NCBI GenBank assembly: GCA_044357665.1
Contig: JBIKPD010000001.1
Span: 1 to 57,190, forward strand
Direction of reading: 5' to 3'
Source: Roseateles sp.
GTDB lineage: Bacteria > Pseudomonadota > Gammaproteobacteria > Burkholderiales > Burkholderiaceae_C
DNA length: 57,190 bases
Both the position numbers and the translations under genes were made by a program. Below, piece by piece: positions 1 through 9,690 of the stretch (positions within the stretch are counted from its first letter, which is position 1; each line of letters begins with the position of its first letter). The notes under the pieces are model-generated. The model searched no databases. It was not told where the DNA came from and was given only the letters and a program-made list of their open reading frames with translations.

Positions 1-36
1 GAATACCAATCCGGCGGCGCCTTGTCATGGGACTGA
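1..36 (+). CDS. nrdB: Ribonucleotide reductase class Ia beta subunit, C-terminal fragment (partial)
   Basis: Frame 1 reads EYQSGGALSWD* (TGA 34-36), which I recognise as a betaproteobacterial NrdB C-terminus; only 11 codons are visible. Confidence 0.7.
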   Translation, partial: EYQSGGALSWD

Positions 37-43
37 CCCCGGA

Positions 44-241
44 CACATGACAAGCCCTGCGGCTTGTCATGTGCCTGGGACAGGCCCGAGCGCTTGCAAG
101 CGCTTGGGCTGACCCCGAAAGTAGGATGGAGTTCGACAAGTCCTGCGGCTTGTCATGTGCCTGGGGCAGGCCCGAGCGCTTGCAAGCGCTTGGGCTGACC
201 CCGAAAGCTGGATGAAGTTCGACATGGCTTGCGCCTTGTCA
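44..241. repeat. 86-bp tandem repeat (~2.3 copies) built from palindromes
   Basis: GACA starts at 49, 135 and 221. Hairpins are CACATGACAAGCC-ctgc-GGCTTGTCATGTG and GCCCGAGCGCTTGCAAGCGCTTGGGC. Units reuse nrdB-end words (GCGSCTTGTCA, CTGACCCCG). Confidence 0.9.
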
Positions 242-564
242 ATTTAACGCCCAACGTAACAGGAATTTTTGCCGAAGTCCTAAATTAGACTGACCAGCGT
301 CTCAGCCCGTGGGATTGCCCGGGGCAAGTCAAAGCGTGATGAAACGCTTCGGCTGAGTTTGTAACACTGCCAGTCGCGGATTTTTGTAAGGTCAAGTTTG
401 GCGAGCACCAGGACCATTTGCTGGAAGGCATTGCTGGTGGCTCGCAACCCGATTCGCCGTAGCAGAGCGCTCCTCCTGGGCGACTTAGAACGGTGAATTG
501 CTGCGCTGCAGCGGCATGTCCGCTTGCGGGCAGTGCTCTTTCCACTTGATCAAGGAGAACTTGA

Positions 565-1230
565 ATGGCAACTGCAACAAAGGCTTCGGCCAAGAAGGCC
601 GCACCCGCGAAAACAGCCGCTCCAGCGAAGAAGGCCGCTGCGCCTGCGAAGGCTGCGGCGCCTGCGAAGAAGGCCGCTGTTCCGGCCAAGAAGGCTGCTG
701 CACCTGCGAAGAAGGCCGCTGCGCCTGCGAAGGCTGCGGCGCCAGCGAAGAAGGCCGCTGCTCCGGCCAAGAAGGCTGCTGCACCTGCCAAGAAGGCTGC
801 CGCACCTGCGAAGAAGGCCGCTGCTCCGGCCAAGAAGGCTGCTGCACCTGCCAAGAAGGCTGCCGCACCTGCGAAGAAGGCCGCTGCTCCGGCCAAGAAG
901 GCTGCCGCACCTGTGAAGAAGGCTGCTGCACCTGCGAAGAAGGCTGCTGCACCTGCGAAGAAGGCTGCTGCACCTGCGAAGAAGGCTGCTGCACCGGCGA
1001 AGAAGGCTGCTGCTCCGGCCAAGAAGGCCGCTGCACCTGCGAAGAAGGCTGCTGCTCCTGCCAAGGCTGCCGCACCGGCAAAGAAGGCCGCTGCTCCTGC
1101 CAAGGCTGCCGCACCTGCAAAGCCTGCAGCCAAGAAGGTCGCCGCCAAGCCAGTTGCTGCGGCACCCTCAGCCAAGACGACTTTGAGCCCGCAAGCGGCT
1201 TGGCCTTTCCCGACTGGCAACAAGCCTTAA
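565..1230 (+). CDS. Histone H1-like Lys/Ala/Pro-rich DNA-binding protein
   Basis: AAGGAG RBS upstream, about 25 AAAPAKK repeats, C-terminal LSPQAAWPFPTGNKP motif typical of this Burkholderiales family. Confidence 0.9.
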   Translation: MATATKASAKKAAPAKTAAPAKKAAAPAKAAAPAKKAAVPAKKAAAPAKKAAAPAKAAAPAKKAAAPAKKAAAPAKKAAAPAKKAAAPAKKAAAPAKKAAAPAKKAAAPAKKAAAPVKKAAAPAKKAAAPAKKAAAPAKKAAAPAKKAAAPAKKAAAPAKKAAAPAKAAAPAKKAAAPAKAAAPAKPAAKKVAAKPVAAAPSAKTTLSPQAAWPFPTGNKP

Positions 1231-1236
1231 GACTTG

Positions 1237-1310
1237 GGCAAGGTGCATTTGAATTGCACCTTGCCAGGTCTACCGGGAACCCAGGGAAGGTCGGGCAAGC
1301 TTGCCCGACC
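1237..1310. terminator. Two hairpins between convergent genes (possible bidirectional terminator or REP-like)
   Basis: GGCAAGGTGCA-N7-TGCACCTTGCC (1237-1265) and perfect palindrome GGTCGGGCAAGCTTGCCCGACC (1289-1310); no clear U-tract. Confidence 0.45.
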
Positions 1311-1374
1311 GTTCGTTCAGGCCTGCTCGCGCAAGGTTTGATATTCGGCTGAACCTTGGGCAGTCCGAAAGACC

Positions 1375-2352
1375 TCAGTGGTTGAAAATTTCAATGCTGT
1401 AGCCGGCAACGCTTTGTTCACCGGTTGATAGCAATTTTTTCAGCGGCAGATCTGCGTTCGCCGCGATGAGGGGTGCTCCGGCATCGAAATCAGCGGGTGC
1501 GAGTATTCGTCTTGCCAGCAACGCACCAGCCTGGTCGGTCAGCGTCAGTTCGATCGATGGCATGGCCACCGCAGTATCTGCCTTGTTATGCAGGGTCAAG
1601 GCGAGCAGATATTGATTGCCGGCTGCAGCTTTGCTGAGTGAACTGCTCTCGACGCTGAGCGCATCAATCCGCCGCCAAGGCTGTAACTCACAAGCGCGTA
1701 CTTCGCACAGGAGCCGCAATGCCTGCCGGGTCGCAGGGTACTTGGCCGCAATGGCATCATGAAAATGATCGACTGCCTGCGCGCAGAGCATCAACAACAG
1801 CAACAAGGCGAGCAGACTCAAGCTGGCTTTCACGCCGGGCTTGCTCCACCGATCGCCCGCCGGTTTCCGCATGAAGCCGGGCAAAGGCTGCAGGTTGTCC
1901 GTATGTACGACGGCCAAAGGGACAGTAGCCGACATGTCGAACTCGATCAGGTCCGCTGCTGGCTCGGCAGCGCTGCTTGTCCTATCAGTCCAATGTGGTT
2001 CTTGACGGGAGTCTGGCTTGACAGAGCGGTCCGCCACCATGAGGTCGGCGGGGGGTGTCGATACGCCGGCAACGATTTCAGCTTTCAGGAGGCTGCTGGA
2101 TTCCGGCGCAAACAGTGGTGGCGGCAACTCGTCAACTGGCTGCGGCTCGACCACCGCGGGAACCAGTATTGCGGTCGGAATGGCTAGTGACCATGCAGGC
2201 GGCGGCTCCCGGTCAGGGTCAAAAAGCTGCTTGCCGGCATCGAATATTTCAGCGCAACGGCCACAGCGCACCCAGCCCTCAGAGACCCGGAGTTGATCCT
2301 GCACCACCCGGAAGATGGTGCCACAGGCAAAACAGCGGGTGGCAAGTCTCAT
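1375..2352 (-). CDS. Zinc-ribbon and DUF3426 domain membrane protein
   Basis: N-terminal CxxC...GWVRCGRC zinc ribbon, one TM segment, C-terminal DUF3426-like domain; usual position after prmA. Start taken at MRLATRC. Confidence 0.85.
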   Translation of the reverse strand: MRLATRCFACGTIFRVVQDQLRVSEGWVRCGRCAEIFDAGKQLFDPDREPPPAWSLAIPTAILVPAVVEPQPVDELPPPLFAPESSSLLKAEIVAGVSTPPADLMVADRSVKPDSRQEPHWTDRTSSAAEPAADLIEFDMSATVPLAVVHTDNLQPLPGFMRKPAGDRWSKPGVKASLSLLALLLLLMLCAQAVDHFHDAIAAKYPATRQALRLLCEVRACELQPWRRIDALSVESSSLSKAAAGNQYLLALTLHNKADTAVAMPSIELTLTDQAGALLARRILAPADFDAGAPLIAANADLPLKKLLSTGEQSVAGYSIEIFNH

Positions 2353-2387
2353 ATCGCGATCATGCCACTGCATGCCGGCAGGTGCAG

Positions 2388-3299
2388 TCAAGCCCGCTGT
2401 GCGGTCATCAAGATCCAGCCCTCTTGCTCGTCGCTGACTGCCAGTTTGACCCAGGGGGCATAGGCCAGTTTTAACTCATCGGCCTGACGCGCCAGAATCC
2501 CGGCCAGAATCAGTTGTCCGCGGGGTGCCATGTGATCACAAAGCAGCGGCGCCAGCAGTTTCAACGGTGAGGCCAGGATATTGGCCAGCACCAGCGGGTA
2601 TTCACCGTTCGCAGCCTCGGGCAAGGCGGCGTGCAGTGACACCTTGTTGGCCAAGGCATTGGCCCGACAAGCCTGGATGGCGGCCGGGTCGATGTCGACT
2701 GCATCGATATTGCTGGCGCCATGCAGTGCAGCGCCGATTGCCAGGATGCCAGAGCCACAGCCATAGTCGAGGACCCGGTTCCAACTGCTGCCAAGCGCCG
2801 CATGCTGCGCGATCCAGCGCAGACACATGCGAGTCGTGGGATGAGTGCCGGTGCCAAAAGCCAGCCCAGGATCCAGGCGCATCACCAGGCGCGCCTGCTC
2901 GGGTGCCTGGTGCCATGAAGGCACGATCCAGAATTCAGGCGTGATGTCGACGGGTGCAAATTGCGATTGGGTCAGACGGACCCAGTCCTGTTCAGGCACG
3001 GGTTGCACCGACTGAACATGCACATCCTCAGCCCAATCCTGGCTCAGGATCAGCGTCGCGCATTCAGTCGCCGCGTTCTCGTCAGGGAATAGTGCGCGAA
3101 CGACCGAGCGTTGCCAGCCGCCGCGTGGTGCCGGCATGCCGGGCTCACCAAATAGCGCTTGTTCAATCGGCGTATCGGCGTCGGCATCTTCGACCGAGAC
3201 TGAAAGCGCTTCGAGTTCCATCAGCGCATCGCTGACGGTCTCGACCACATCCTCACCGCAGATCAGAACCAGTTCATGCAGGGTGCTGGGATTGGTCAA
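2388..3299 (-). CDS. prmA: 50S ribosomal protein L11 methyltransferase
   Basis: [28 protein letters not shown] and ANILA motifs. Start probably the TTG overlapping the accC stop (uncertain). Confidence 0.95.
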   Translation of the reverse strand: MTNPSTLHELVLICGEDVVETVSDALMELEALSVSVEDADADTPIEQALFGEPGMPAPRGGWQRSVVRALFPDENAATECATLILSQDWAEDVHVQSVQPVPEQDWVRLTQSQFAPVDITPEFWIVPSWHQAPEQARLVMRLDPGLAFGTGTHPTTRMCLRWIAQHAALGSSWNRVLDYGCGSGILAIGAALHGASNIDAVDIDPAAIQACRANALANKVSLHAALPEAANGEYPLVLANILASPLKLLAPLLCDHMAPRGQLILAGILARQADELKLAYAPWVKLAVSDEQEGWILMTAQRA

Positions 3300-4645
3300 C
3301 GTTTGTGCTGGCTCATCCAGCCCTCGAGGTAATGAATATTGGTGCCACCCTCGACGAATTTGGCATCGACCATCAGCTCGCGATGCAAGGGGATATTGGT
3401 CAGAATACCTTCGACCACCGTTTCTGAGAGGGCAATGCGCATGCGTGCCAAGGCCTGTTCGCGCGTATCTCCATGGACGATGATCTTGCCGATCATCGAG
3501 TCGTAATGGGGCGGCACGAAGTAGTTGGTATAGACGTGAGAATCGACCCGCACGCCCGGTCCTCCCGGCGCATGCCACATCGTGATGCGGCCCGGCGACG
3601 GCGTGAACTTGTATGGATCCTCGGCGTTGATCCGGCATTCGATCGCATGTCCGCGCAGGCTGATAGCGCGCTGCGTGAATGGCAGCTTCTCGCCAGCTGC
3701 GATCCTGATCTGCATCTGCACGATGTCGATGCCGGTGACCATTTCAGTGACCGGGTGTTCGACCTGCACGCGCGTGTTCATCTCGATGAAATAGAACTCG
3801 CCGTTCTCGAACAGGAACTCGAATGTGCCGGCGCCGCGATAGCCCATCTTGCGGCAAGCCGCCGAGCAGCGGTCGCCGATCTTCTCGATCACGCGCCGCG
3901 CAATACCCGGTGCCGGAGCTTCTTCGAGGATCTTCTGGTGGCGCCGCTGCATCGAGCAGTCGCGCTCACCCAACCAGACCGCATTCTTGTGTTCGTCGGC
4001 CAGCACCTGGATTTCAATATGGCGAGGGTTCTCCAGGAATTTTTCCAGATAGACCTGCGGATTACCGAAAGCCGCTCCGGCTTCAGCGCGCGTGGTCTGT
4101 ACGGCATTGACCAAGGCAGCCTCGGTGTGGACAACCCGCATGCCGCGCCCGCCACCACCGCCAGCGGCCTTGATGATCACCGGATAACCGACCGAGCGGG
4201 CGATCTTGATGATTTCTTTTGGATCCTCAGGCAAGGCGCCTTCAGATCCTGGCACGCAAGGTACGCCGGCGCGGATCATCGCCTGCTTGGCCGACACCTT
4301 GTCACCCATCATCCGGATCGATTCGGGTGTCGGGCCGATAAAGGTAAAGCCGCTGCGCTCGACGCGCTCGGCAAAGTCAGCGTTTTCGCTCAGGAAGCCG
4401 TAGCCGGGATGGATCGCCTCGGCGTCGGTCACCTCGGCAGTCGCGATGATCGCAGGCATGCTCAGATAGCTCTGAGCCGATGCGGCCGGTCCGATGCAGA
4501 CCGCCTCATCGGCCAGCTTCACATACTTGGCATCGCGGTCGGCTTCGGAATAAACCACCACCGACTTGATGCCCATTTCACGACAGGCGCGCTGGATCCG
4601 GAGGGCGATTTCGCCTCGATTAGCAATCAGTATTTTCTTGAACAT
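3296..4645 (-). CDS. accC: Acetyl-CoA carboxylase biotin carboxylase subunit
   Basis: [47 protein letters not shown]; follows accB. Confidence 0.98.
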   Translation of the reverse strand: MFKKILIANRGEIALRIQRACREMGIKSVVVYSEADRDAKYVKLADEAVCIGPAASAQSYLSMPAIIATAEVTDAEAIHPGYGFLSENADFAERVERSGFTFIGPTPESIRMMGDKVSAKQAMIRAGVPCVPGSEGALPEDPKEIIKIARSVGYPVIIKAAGGGGGRGMRVVHTEAALVNAVQTTRAEAGAAFGNPQVYLEKFLENPRHIEIQVLADEHKNAVWLGERDCSMQRRHQKILEEAPAPGIARRVIEKIGDRCSAACRKMGYRGAGTFEFLFENGEFYFIEMNTRVQVEHPVTEMVTGIDIVQMQIRIAAGEKLPFTQRAISLRGHAIECRINAEDPYKFTPSPGRITMWHAPGGPGVRVDSHVYTNYFVPPHYDSMIGKIIVHGDTREQALARMRIALSETVVEGILTNIPLHRELMVDAKFVEGGTNIHYLEGWMSQHKR

Positions 4646-4985
4646 AGATCCTCGGCTCAATCGCCCTTGCGGGCTGCGCCCTGAGGGCAATTTGGCTCCG
4701 CCGCAAGGCTGGAAGCCTTGTCGCCTCGATTAGCAATCAGTATTTTCTTGAACATAGGTCCTCGGCTCAATCGCCCATGCGGGCTGCGCCCGGAGGGCAA
4801 TTTGGCTTCGCCGCAAGGCTGGAAGCCTTGTCGCCTCGATTAGCAATCAGTATTTTCTTGAACATAGGTCCTCGGCTCAATCGCCCATGCGGGCTGCGCC
4901 CGGAGGGCAATTTGGCTTCGCCGCAAGGCTGGAAGCCTTGTCGCCTCGATTAGCAATCAGTATTTTTTTGAACATAGGTACTCGG
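4598..4985 (-). repeat. 110-bp tandem array duplicating the accC 5' end three extra times with hairpin inserts
   Basis: ATG copies at 4645 (live gene), 4755, 4865 and 4975. Unit = 35 nt accC start + 28 nt insert + 13 nt accC continuation + 34 nt linker with GAGGA. Confidence 0.97.
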
Positions 4986-5037
4986 TTCCATCGCCGTCGC
5001 CTGGCTCATCGAGCCAGAGCCGATCCGGTCAATAGGC

Positions 5038-5484
5038 TTACTCGATGATGAAAAGCGGTTGACCGAATTCGACCGGTTGTCCGTTTTCGCAGAAGACGCG
5101 GGTGATGGTGCCGCTCTTGTCGGCGTCGATCTCATTCATGATCTTCATCGCCTCGATGATGCAAATTGCTTCACCTTCCTTGATCTGTTGACCGACTTCG
5201 GCAAAAGGCTTGGCATTTGGATTGGCTGCGCGGTAGAAAGTACCCACCATCGGGGACTTCACCTCATGACCTGGTTCGGCCGCTGGCGTCGCGGAAGGTG
5301 CTTCTGCGACCGGCGCGGCTGCAACTGCTGCAACGGGAGCCGCAGCCATCGGCACTGCCACCTGGCCGAAGCCGACGGGCGACTTGACGATTCTGACCTT
5401 GCCTTCGGCTTCGGTGATTTCAAGTTCGGAAATATTCGACTCGGACACCAGGTCGATCAAGGTTTTCAGCTTGCGCAAATCCAT
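5038..5484 (-). CDS. accB: Biotin carboxyl carrier protein
   Basis: [29 protein letters not shown] biotinylation motif. Confidence 0.98.
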   Translation of the reverse strand: MDLRKLKTLIDLVSESNISELEITEAEGKVRIVKSPVGFGQVAVPMAAAPVAAVAAAPVAEAPSATPAAEPGHEVKSPMVGTFYRAANPNAKPFAEVGQQIKEGEAICIIEAMKIMNEIDADKSGTITRVFCENGQPVEFGQPLFIIE

Positions 5485-5550
5485 TTTTTTCTCCAACGAA
5501 ATTGTTTACATAGATTGGCGGGGCAGCGATGAACGCGCCCTGCCGGCCTG

Positions 5551-6006
5551 TCAAGCAGGCGGTGGTACAGGGTTGCCGAGCTGCTCGATGGCACAAGCCA
5601 AGGCGAGTTGGTAGCCTTGGGCACCGAGTCCGCAAATCACACCAAGGGCGAGTTCGGAGAAAAAGCTGTGGTGGCGAAAAGTTTCGCGTTTGTGGATATT
5701 CGACAGATGAACTTCAATGAAGGGCAGATCGACGGCGGCCAAAGCATCCCGCATTGCAACGCTGGTATGGGTGTATGCGGCCGGGTTGATGATGATGAAG
5801 CGGCAGCCTTCGCGAGCCGCTGTCTGAATCCGGTCGACCAAGGCGCCCTCGTGATTGCTTTGAAAGGATTCAAGCGAAAATCCGGCTTTCGCTGCTATTT
5901 CTGCAAGATTGGCGTCGATCTGCGCCAAAGTTGTCGAGCCGTAGACCGTCGGCTCGCGGCTGCCGAGCAGGTTGAGGTTGGGGCCGTGAAGTACAAGAAT
6001 TTGCAT
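5551..6006 (-). CDS. aroQ: Type II 3-dehydroquinate dehydratase
   Basis: [29 protein letters not shown] motifs. Confidence 0.97.
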   Translation of the reverse strand: MQILVLHGPNLNLLGSREPTVYGSTTLAQIDANLAEIAAKAGFSLESFQSNHEGALVDRIQTAAREGCRFIIINPAAYTHTSVAMRDALAAVDLPFIEVHLSNIHKRETFRHHSFFSELALGVICGLGAQGYQLALACAIEQLGNPVPPPA

Positions 6007-6120
6007 TTTGAGCTAAAAGAGGCGTCGATGTCGTCTGTAGTTCGAGCCGTAAAAGCGCGATGGCTTGAACTTTACGCTTTTTAGGACCCGATCGATAAAG
6101 ATTGACTCAAATAAATCGAT

Positions 6121-6648
6121 TTATGCCAGACCCGTCGCAAGTTGACGCAATTCGTCAAGGTGGGTGGCTCCCAGCTTGCGCCAGATGACTTCGCCGTTGG
6201 CTCCGAAGGCCACGCTGAAGGGCAAGCCGCCTTGGGTATTGCCGAGCTTGCGGGCCAGGTCCGTGCCTGTCAGGCCAGCCATGCCAATGTCAAATTCGAG
6301 TGGCAGCTTCTGCAAAAATTCACGCACCGGTGTTGGCGAGTCAACCGCCAAGCCCAGAACTTGCCATCCCTGCGCCTTGAACTCCCGCTGGAATTGAGCC
6401 AATTCAGGCAACTCCTGCACGCAAGGTGGACACCAGGTGGCCCAGAAATTCAGCAGCAAGGGCCTGCCTTTCATGCCGGCTGTGACCAACTCGCCTCCCT
6501 CAGGCCGATCAAAACGCGACGACCAGAAGGCTAGGGCTTCGGCTGATAGCGTCGGTTCGGTCTGCTGTCGCCAGGTCAAACCCAGGCCCAAGGCAGCCAA
6601 GCCGGCACCGGTGATCAACCAGTTGCGGCGTCGATTGAGCATCGTCAT
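6121..6648 (-). CDS. TlpA-family thiol:disulfide oxidoreductase
   Basis: LLNFWATWCPPC motif and N-terminal membrane anchor. Confidence 0.92.
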   Translation of the reverse strand: MTMLNRRRNWLITGAGLAALGLGLTWRQQTEPTLSAEALAFWSSRFDRPEGGELVTAGMKGRPLLLNFWATWCPPCVQELPELAQFQREFKAQGWQVLGLAVDSPTPVREFLQKLPLEFDIGMAGLTGTDLARKLGNTQGGLPFSVAFGANGEVIWRKLGATHLDELRQLATGLA

Positions 6649-7250
6649 GTCGTAATCTCCATCAGTTTTCGCAAAGCGGCGAGGTCGCCGCGTTCACTGC
6701 GCCCGTGGGCGTCGGGTTTGAGCGCGCCGCGCAAGTCATCGAAGTCGAGAATGCTCAAGTGAACGGTCACCAGTTCCCCGAGCGTGGGGCAGCGAGTTGC
6801 CAGCGAAAGCACATCGATCTGCCGGTTCCTCGGGCCTGTCATGGCACCGACTTCATAGTCGACGCCCTGATTGATCAGCGCGATCTCAGCCGATTTGCTG
6901 TCGTCGCAATAGAGCTGCAAGTGAATGTTGGACAGCCGCGTGGCCGTCCCGCGCCATACCGCTCCACATAGATGAGGACGGAATTCTTCCAGACGCGCCA
7001 TCCAGATTGCTGCCAGTTCGCGCAGGGCGCTCAGTTCAGCAGGCTGGGTGTCAGCACAGAACAGGGCCAGGTAGTCGCGCACCTCGTCTTCCAGCTGATT
7101 ATTGTCCGGCAGACGGTTGCGACCGCTGCGTTGCAGGCCCAAGGCCTTCAGCGCATGTTGCTTGGCCGGGCCATATTCAAGCCCTTCTTCAACCACCATG
7201 CGGGCGGCAGTGGCGGCAATCTCAGCTGTGATTTGATTCTCGATCGGCAT
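6645..7250 (-). CDS. Conserved hypothetical protein with degenerate nucleotidyltransferase-like motif
   Basis: EIAATAARMVVEEGLEYGPAK N-terminus and PHLCGAVWRGTA...IHLQL; overlaps the tlpA start. Confidence 0.75.
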   Translation of the reverse strand: MPIENQITAEIAATAARMVVEEGLEYGPAKQHALKALGLQRSGRNRLPDNNQLEDEVRDYLALFCADTQPAELSALRELAAIWMARLEEFRPHLCGAVWRGTATRLSNIHLQLYCDDSKSAEIALINQGVDYEVGAMTGPRNRQIDVLSLATRCPTLGELVTVHLSILDFDDLRGALKPDAHGRSERGDLAALRKLMEITT

Positions 7251-7251
7251 A

Positions 7252-8007
7252 TCAGGGGACCTCGACCCCGCCCATGCGCGCTTCGATGGTGGCAGCGCGG
7301 GACAGCAAGTAGGGCGAAGCAGGACGCTTCTCGAAGCGTTTCGGGGCCGGCAACATGACGGCGAGGCGAGCCGCTTGCTCGGCATTGAGTTGCCTTGCGT
7401 CGATGCGGAAATAATGGCGCGCCGCTGCCTGTGCTCCAAACAGGCCCTCGCCCCATTCGACATTGTTCAGGTAGATTTCCAGAATGCGGCGCTTGCTCAG
7501 CGCAGCTTCCAGCATCAGCGTGATGGCGAACTCCTGGGCTTTGCGGGCGAAATTGCGCTCGCCGCTGAGAAACATGTTCTTGGCCAATTGCTGGGTGATG
7601 GTCGAACCCCCAACGACTTTGGCTGCGGGCGGCGGCTTGGCCGCAGCCGCGGGCTTGGCTTGTGAGCGCTTTACCGCCCTTGCGGCTTCACGCTGGTTGC
7701 GCTCCCAGGCCTTCTCCATGGCGTCCCATTCGACGCCGCCATGGTCGACGAAGCCGGCGTCTTCGCTGGCAATGACCGCACGCTTGAGCTGATTGCCGAG
7801 CATTGCGGCATCGACCCATTGCTGACTCCACAGGAGCTGTTGTTTGTCGACAGCCAGGCGCCAGATTTCCGACCGCTGAAAACTGCTCGACTGCGGTGCC
7901 ACCCAGTTCATCAACATGATCCGCAAGCCGAAATAGATCTGCAATGCCAGCAGGCCGATGACAAGCAACAAGCCCAGGCGCAGCAGCGCGGCGGCTGTCC
8001 TCTTCAT
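7252..8007 (-). CDS. mtgA: Monofunctional peptidoglycan transglycosylase
   Basis: [24 protein letters not shown] and ILEIYLN GT51 motifs. Confidence 0.95.
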   Translation of the reverse strand: MKRTAAALLRLGLLLVIGLLALQIYFGLRIMLMNWVAPQSSSFQRSEIWRLAVDKQQLLWSQQWVDAAMLGNQLKRAVIASEDAGFVDHGGVEWDAMEKAWERNQREAARAVKRSQAKPAAAAKPPPAAKVVGGSTITQQLAKNMFLSGERNFARKAQEFAITLMLEAALSKRRILEIYLNNVEWGEGLFGAQAAARHYFRIDARQLNAEQAARLAVMLPAPKRFEKRPASPYLLSRAATIEARMGGVEVP

Positions 8008-8837
8008 GCCAGTCGCTCGATCAAAGCAGCCAAGACCGGCTTGGTGTCGGGGCGCAATCCGCGCCAGACCTCGAAGGCTTCGGCCGCCTGCTCGACCAGC
8101 ATGCCCAGACCATCGCGCGCTTGCGCGCCGTGGCTGCCTGCCCAGGCCAGGAAATTTGCAGCGGGCGGGCCATACATCATATCCAGCGCCAGCGCACCGG
8201 GTTTGAGTACTTCAGCCGATACCGGCACGCCGGCTCCAGCCAGGCTCGCGCTGGTGCCGTTGAGCAGGATGTCGTAGCTGCGACCGCAATCGGTCAACCC
8301 GCAAGCCAGCAGTTGAACGCCACGGGCTTGCGCCAGTTCCTGGTGCGACTCGACCAGAGCGCGAGCCTTGTCGGGATTGCGGTTGGCCACCGTGATCGCG
8401 GCCGGGTCTGTGCCGATCAGGCTGCCGAGCACGCCGGCTGCGGCGCCGCCAGCGCCGAGCAGCAGGATGCGTTGGCCAGACAGAGGGATTCCGGCATTGC
8501 CTTCGATGTCCCGTACCAACCCGGCGCCATCGGTGTTGTCGCCGAACCAGCCATCCTGATCAAAGCGCAAGGTGTTGACCGCAGCGGCCAGCGCAGCGCG
8601 AGGGCTCAATGTCCGGGCCAGCCGGCAGGCCTCGAACTTGAACGGTACGGTGACATTGCAGCCGCGCCCGCCTGCCGCAGCAAAAGCCTGCACAGTGGCC
8701 GAAAAGCCGTCGAGGGGGCATTGCAGACGCTCGTAGCTGATCAGCTGGCCCGTCTGCCGGGCAAACTGTGCATGGATGAAAGGTGACTGACTGTGCGCGA
8801 CGGGATTGCCGGCAACTGCGTAAATATCAGGTGTCAT
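8004..8837 (-). CDS. aroE: Shikimate dehydrogenase
   Basis: [36 protein letters not shown]. Confidence 0.97.
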   Translation of the reverse strand: MTPDIYAVAGNPVAHSQSPFIHAQFARQTGQLISYERLQCPLDGFSATVQAFAAAGGRGCNVTVPFKFEACRLARTLSPRAALAAAVNTLRFDQDGWFGDNTDGAGLVRDIEGNAGIPLSGQRILLLGAGGAAAGVLGSLIGTDPAAITVANRNPDKARALVESHQELAQARGVQLLACGLTDCGRSYDILLNGTSASLAGAGVPVSAEVLKPGALALDMMYGPPAANFLAWAGSHGAQARDGLGMLVEQAAEAFEVWRGLRPDTKPVLAALIERLA

Positions 8838-9688
8838 CGGGGTGCACTCAAACTGGTTTCCAGACCGTCTTCGCGGGTAAAACGAAAGCGCGAGGTGATC
8901 ACCAGCACTTCTGCGCCCTGGCGCATCGCGCTGCTGAATTCACCGAAAGGCGCCGCGGCGAGAACGATAGCGACGGCTCGGCGATCGAGGTTACGGTCGC
9001 CAGAAGGTGCAACGAGGTCGGTTTCTATCACCTGGCCGTGCAGATCGACATGAATATTCATCGTCAGTTCGCCATACAGCTTGCGACCCTCATGTTCGGG
9101 GAAAAAGCGCGTGCCGCGATCTTCGACGCGCCGGCGCAAGTGATCGTAATACTTGGCGTAAACCACTTCGCGCGTGGCCGGGCTGACATAGCGTTTGCGC
9201 GGCCTGGCCGATTCGTCACTGACACGCTTCTCGATTTCGGCGAGCAACTGCACCAGTTGCCGCCGCTGCTCCACTTGCTCGCGCGCAGCCAGCGCACCCT
9301 TGTCGATTTGCGGCCCTGATGGTGTCAACAAGGCCAGTTCGCGCCGCACGACCGCCAGCAGTTGCTGCTGTTCTTCCTTCAGTTGGTCGATCTCGGCTCG
9401 TTGCGACTCAATTGATTCGCCGATCTCCATCAACGGAGATGGCGGCAAGGGCGAGCTTGACCGACCTTTTTCAAGTTCGCCACCGCCGGCCAGATTGGCT
9501 TGCGCAAGCGCCATGGCTTTCGTTGGCAGTTCCTTGCTGCGCGAATTGACCAGCACCACTTCCAGCGATTGCACCTGGAAAACCCGGTTGAAACCTTCCG
9601 GGTCGACCAAGCGCAGCGTCAGCAGTGCTGCATGCAGGCCCAACGACAAGACCAAAGCAATTTGCAGCGATGAAAGCCTGGCCAGCAT
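8834..9688 (-). CDS. TonB C-terminal domain protein
   Basis: N-terminal SLGLH TM helix, coiled region, C-terminal [11 protein letters not shown]...AAPF TonB_C-like fold. Confidence 0.8.
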   Translation of the reverse strand: MLARLSSLQIALVLSLGLHAALLTLRLVDPEGFNRVFQVQSLEVVLVNSRSKELPTKAMALAQANLAGGGELEKGRSSSPLPPSPLMEIGESIESQRAEIDQLKEEQQQLLAVVRRELALLTPSGPQIDKGALAAREQVEQRRQLVQLLAEIEKRVSDESARPRKRYVSPATREVVYAKYYDHLRRRVEDRGTRFFPEHEGRKLYGELTMNIHVDLHGQVIETDLVAPSGDRNLDRRAVAIVLAAAPFGEFSSAMRQGAEVLVITSRFRFTREDGLETSLSAPR

Positions 9689-9690
9689 CT

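Noticed and set aside
285-1352. Alternative-frame and antisense ORFs over the H1-like gene (Cys-rich, Gln-rich, FAGAAA)
   Set aside because: Shadows of the AAPAKK repeat; only 565-1230 has an RBS and a recognisable C-terminus.
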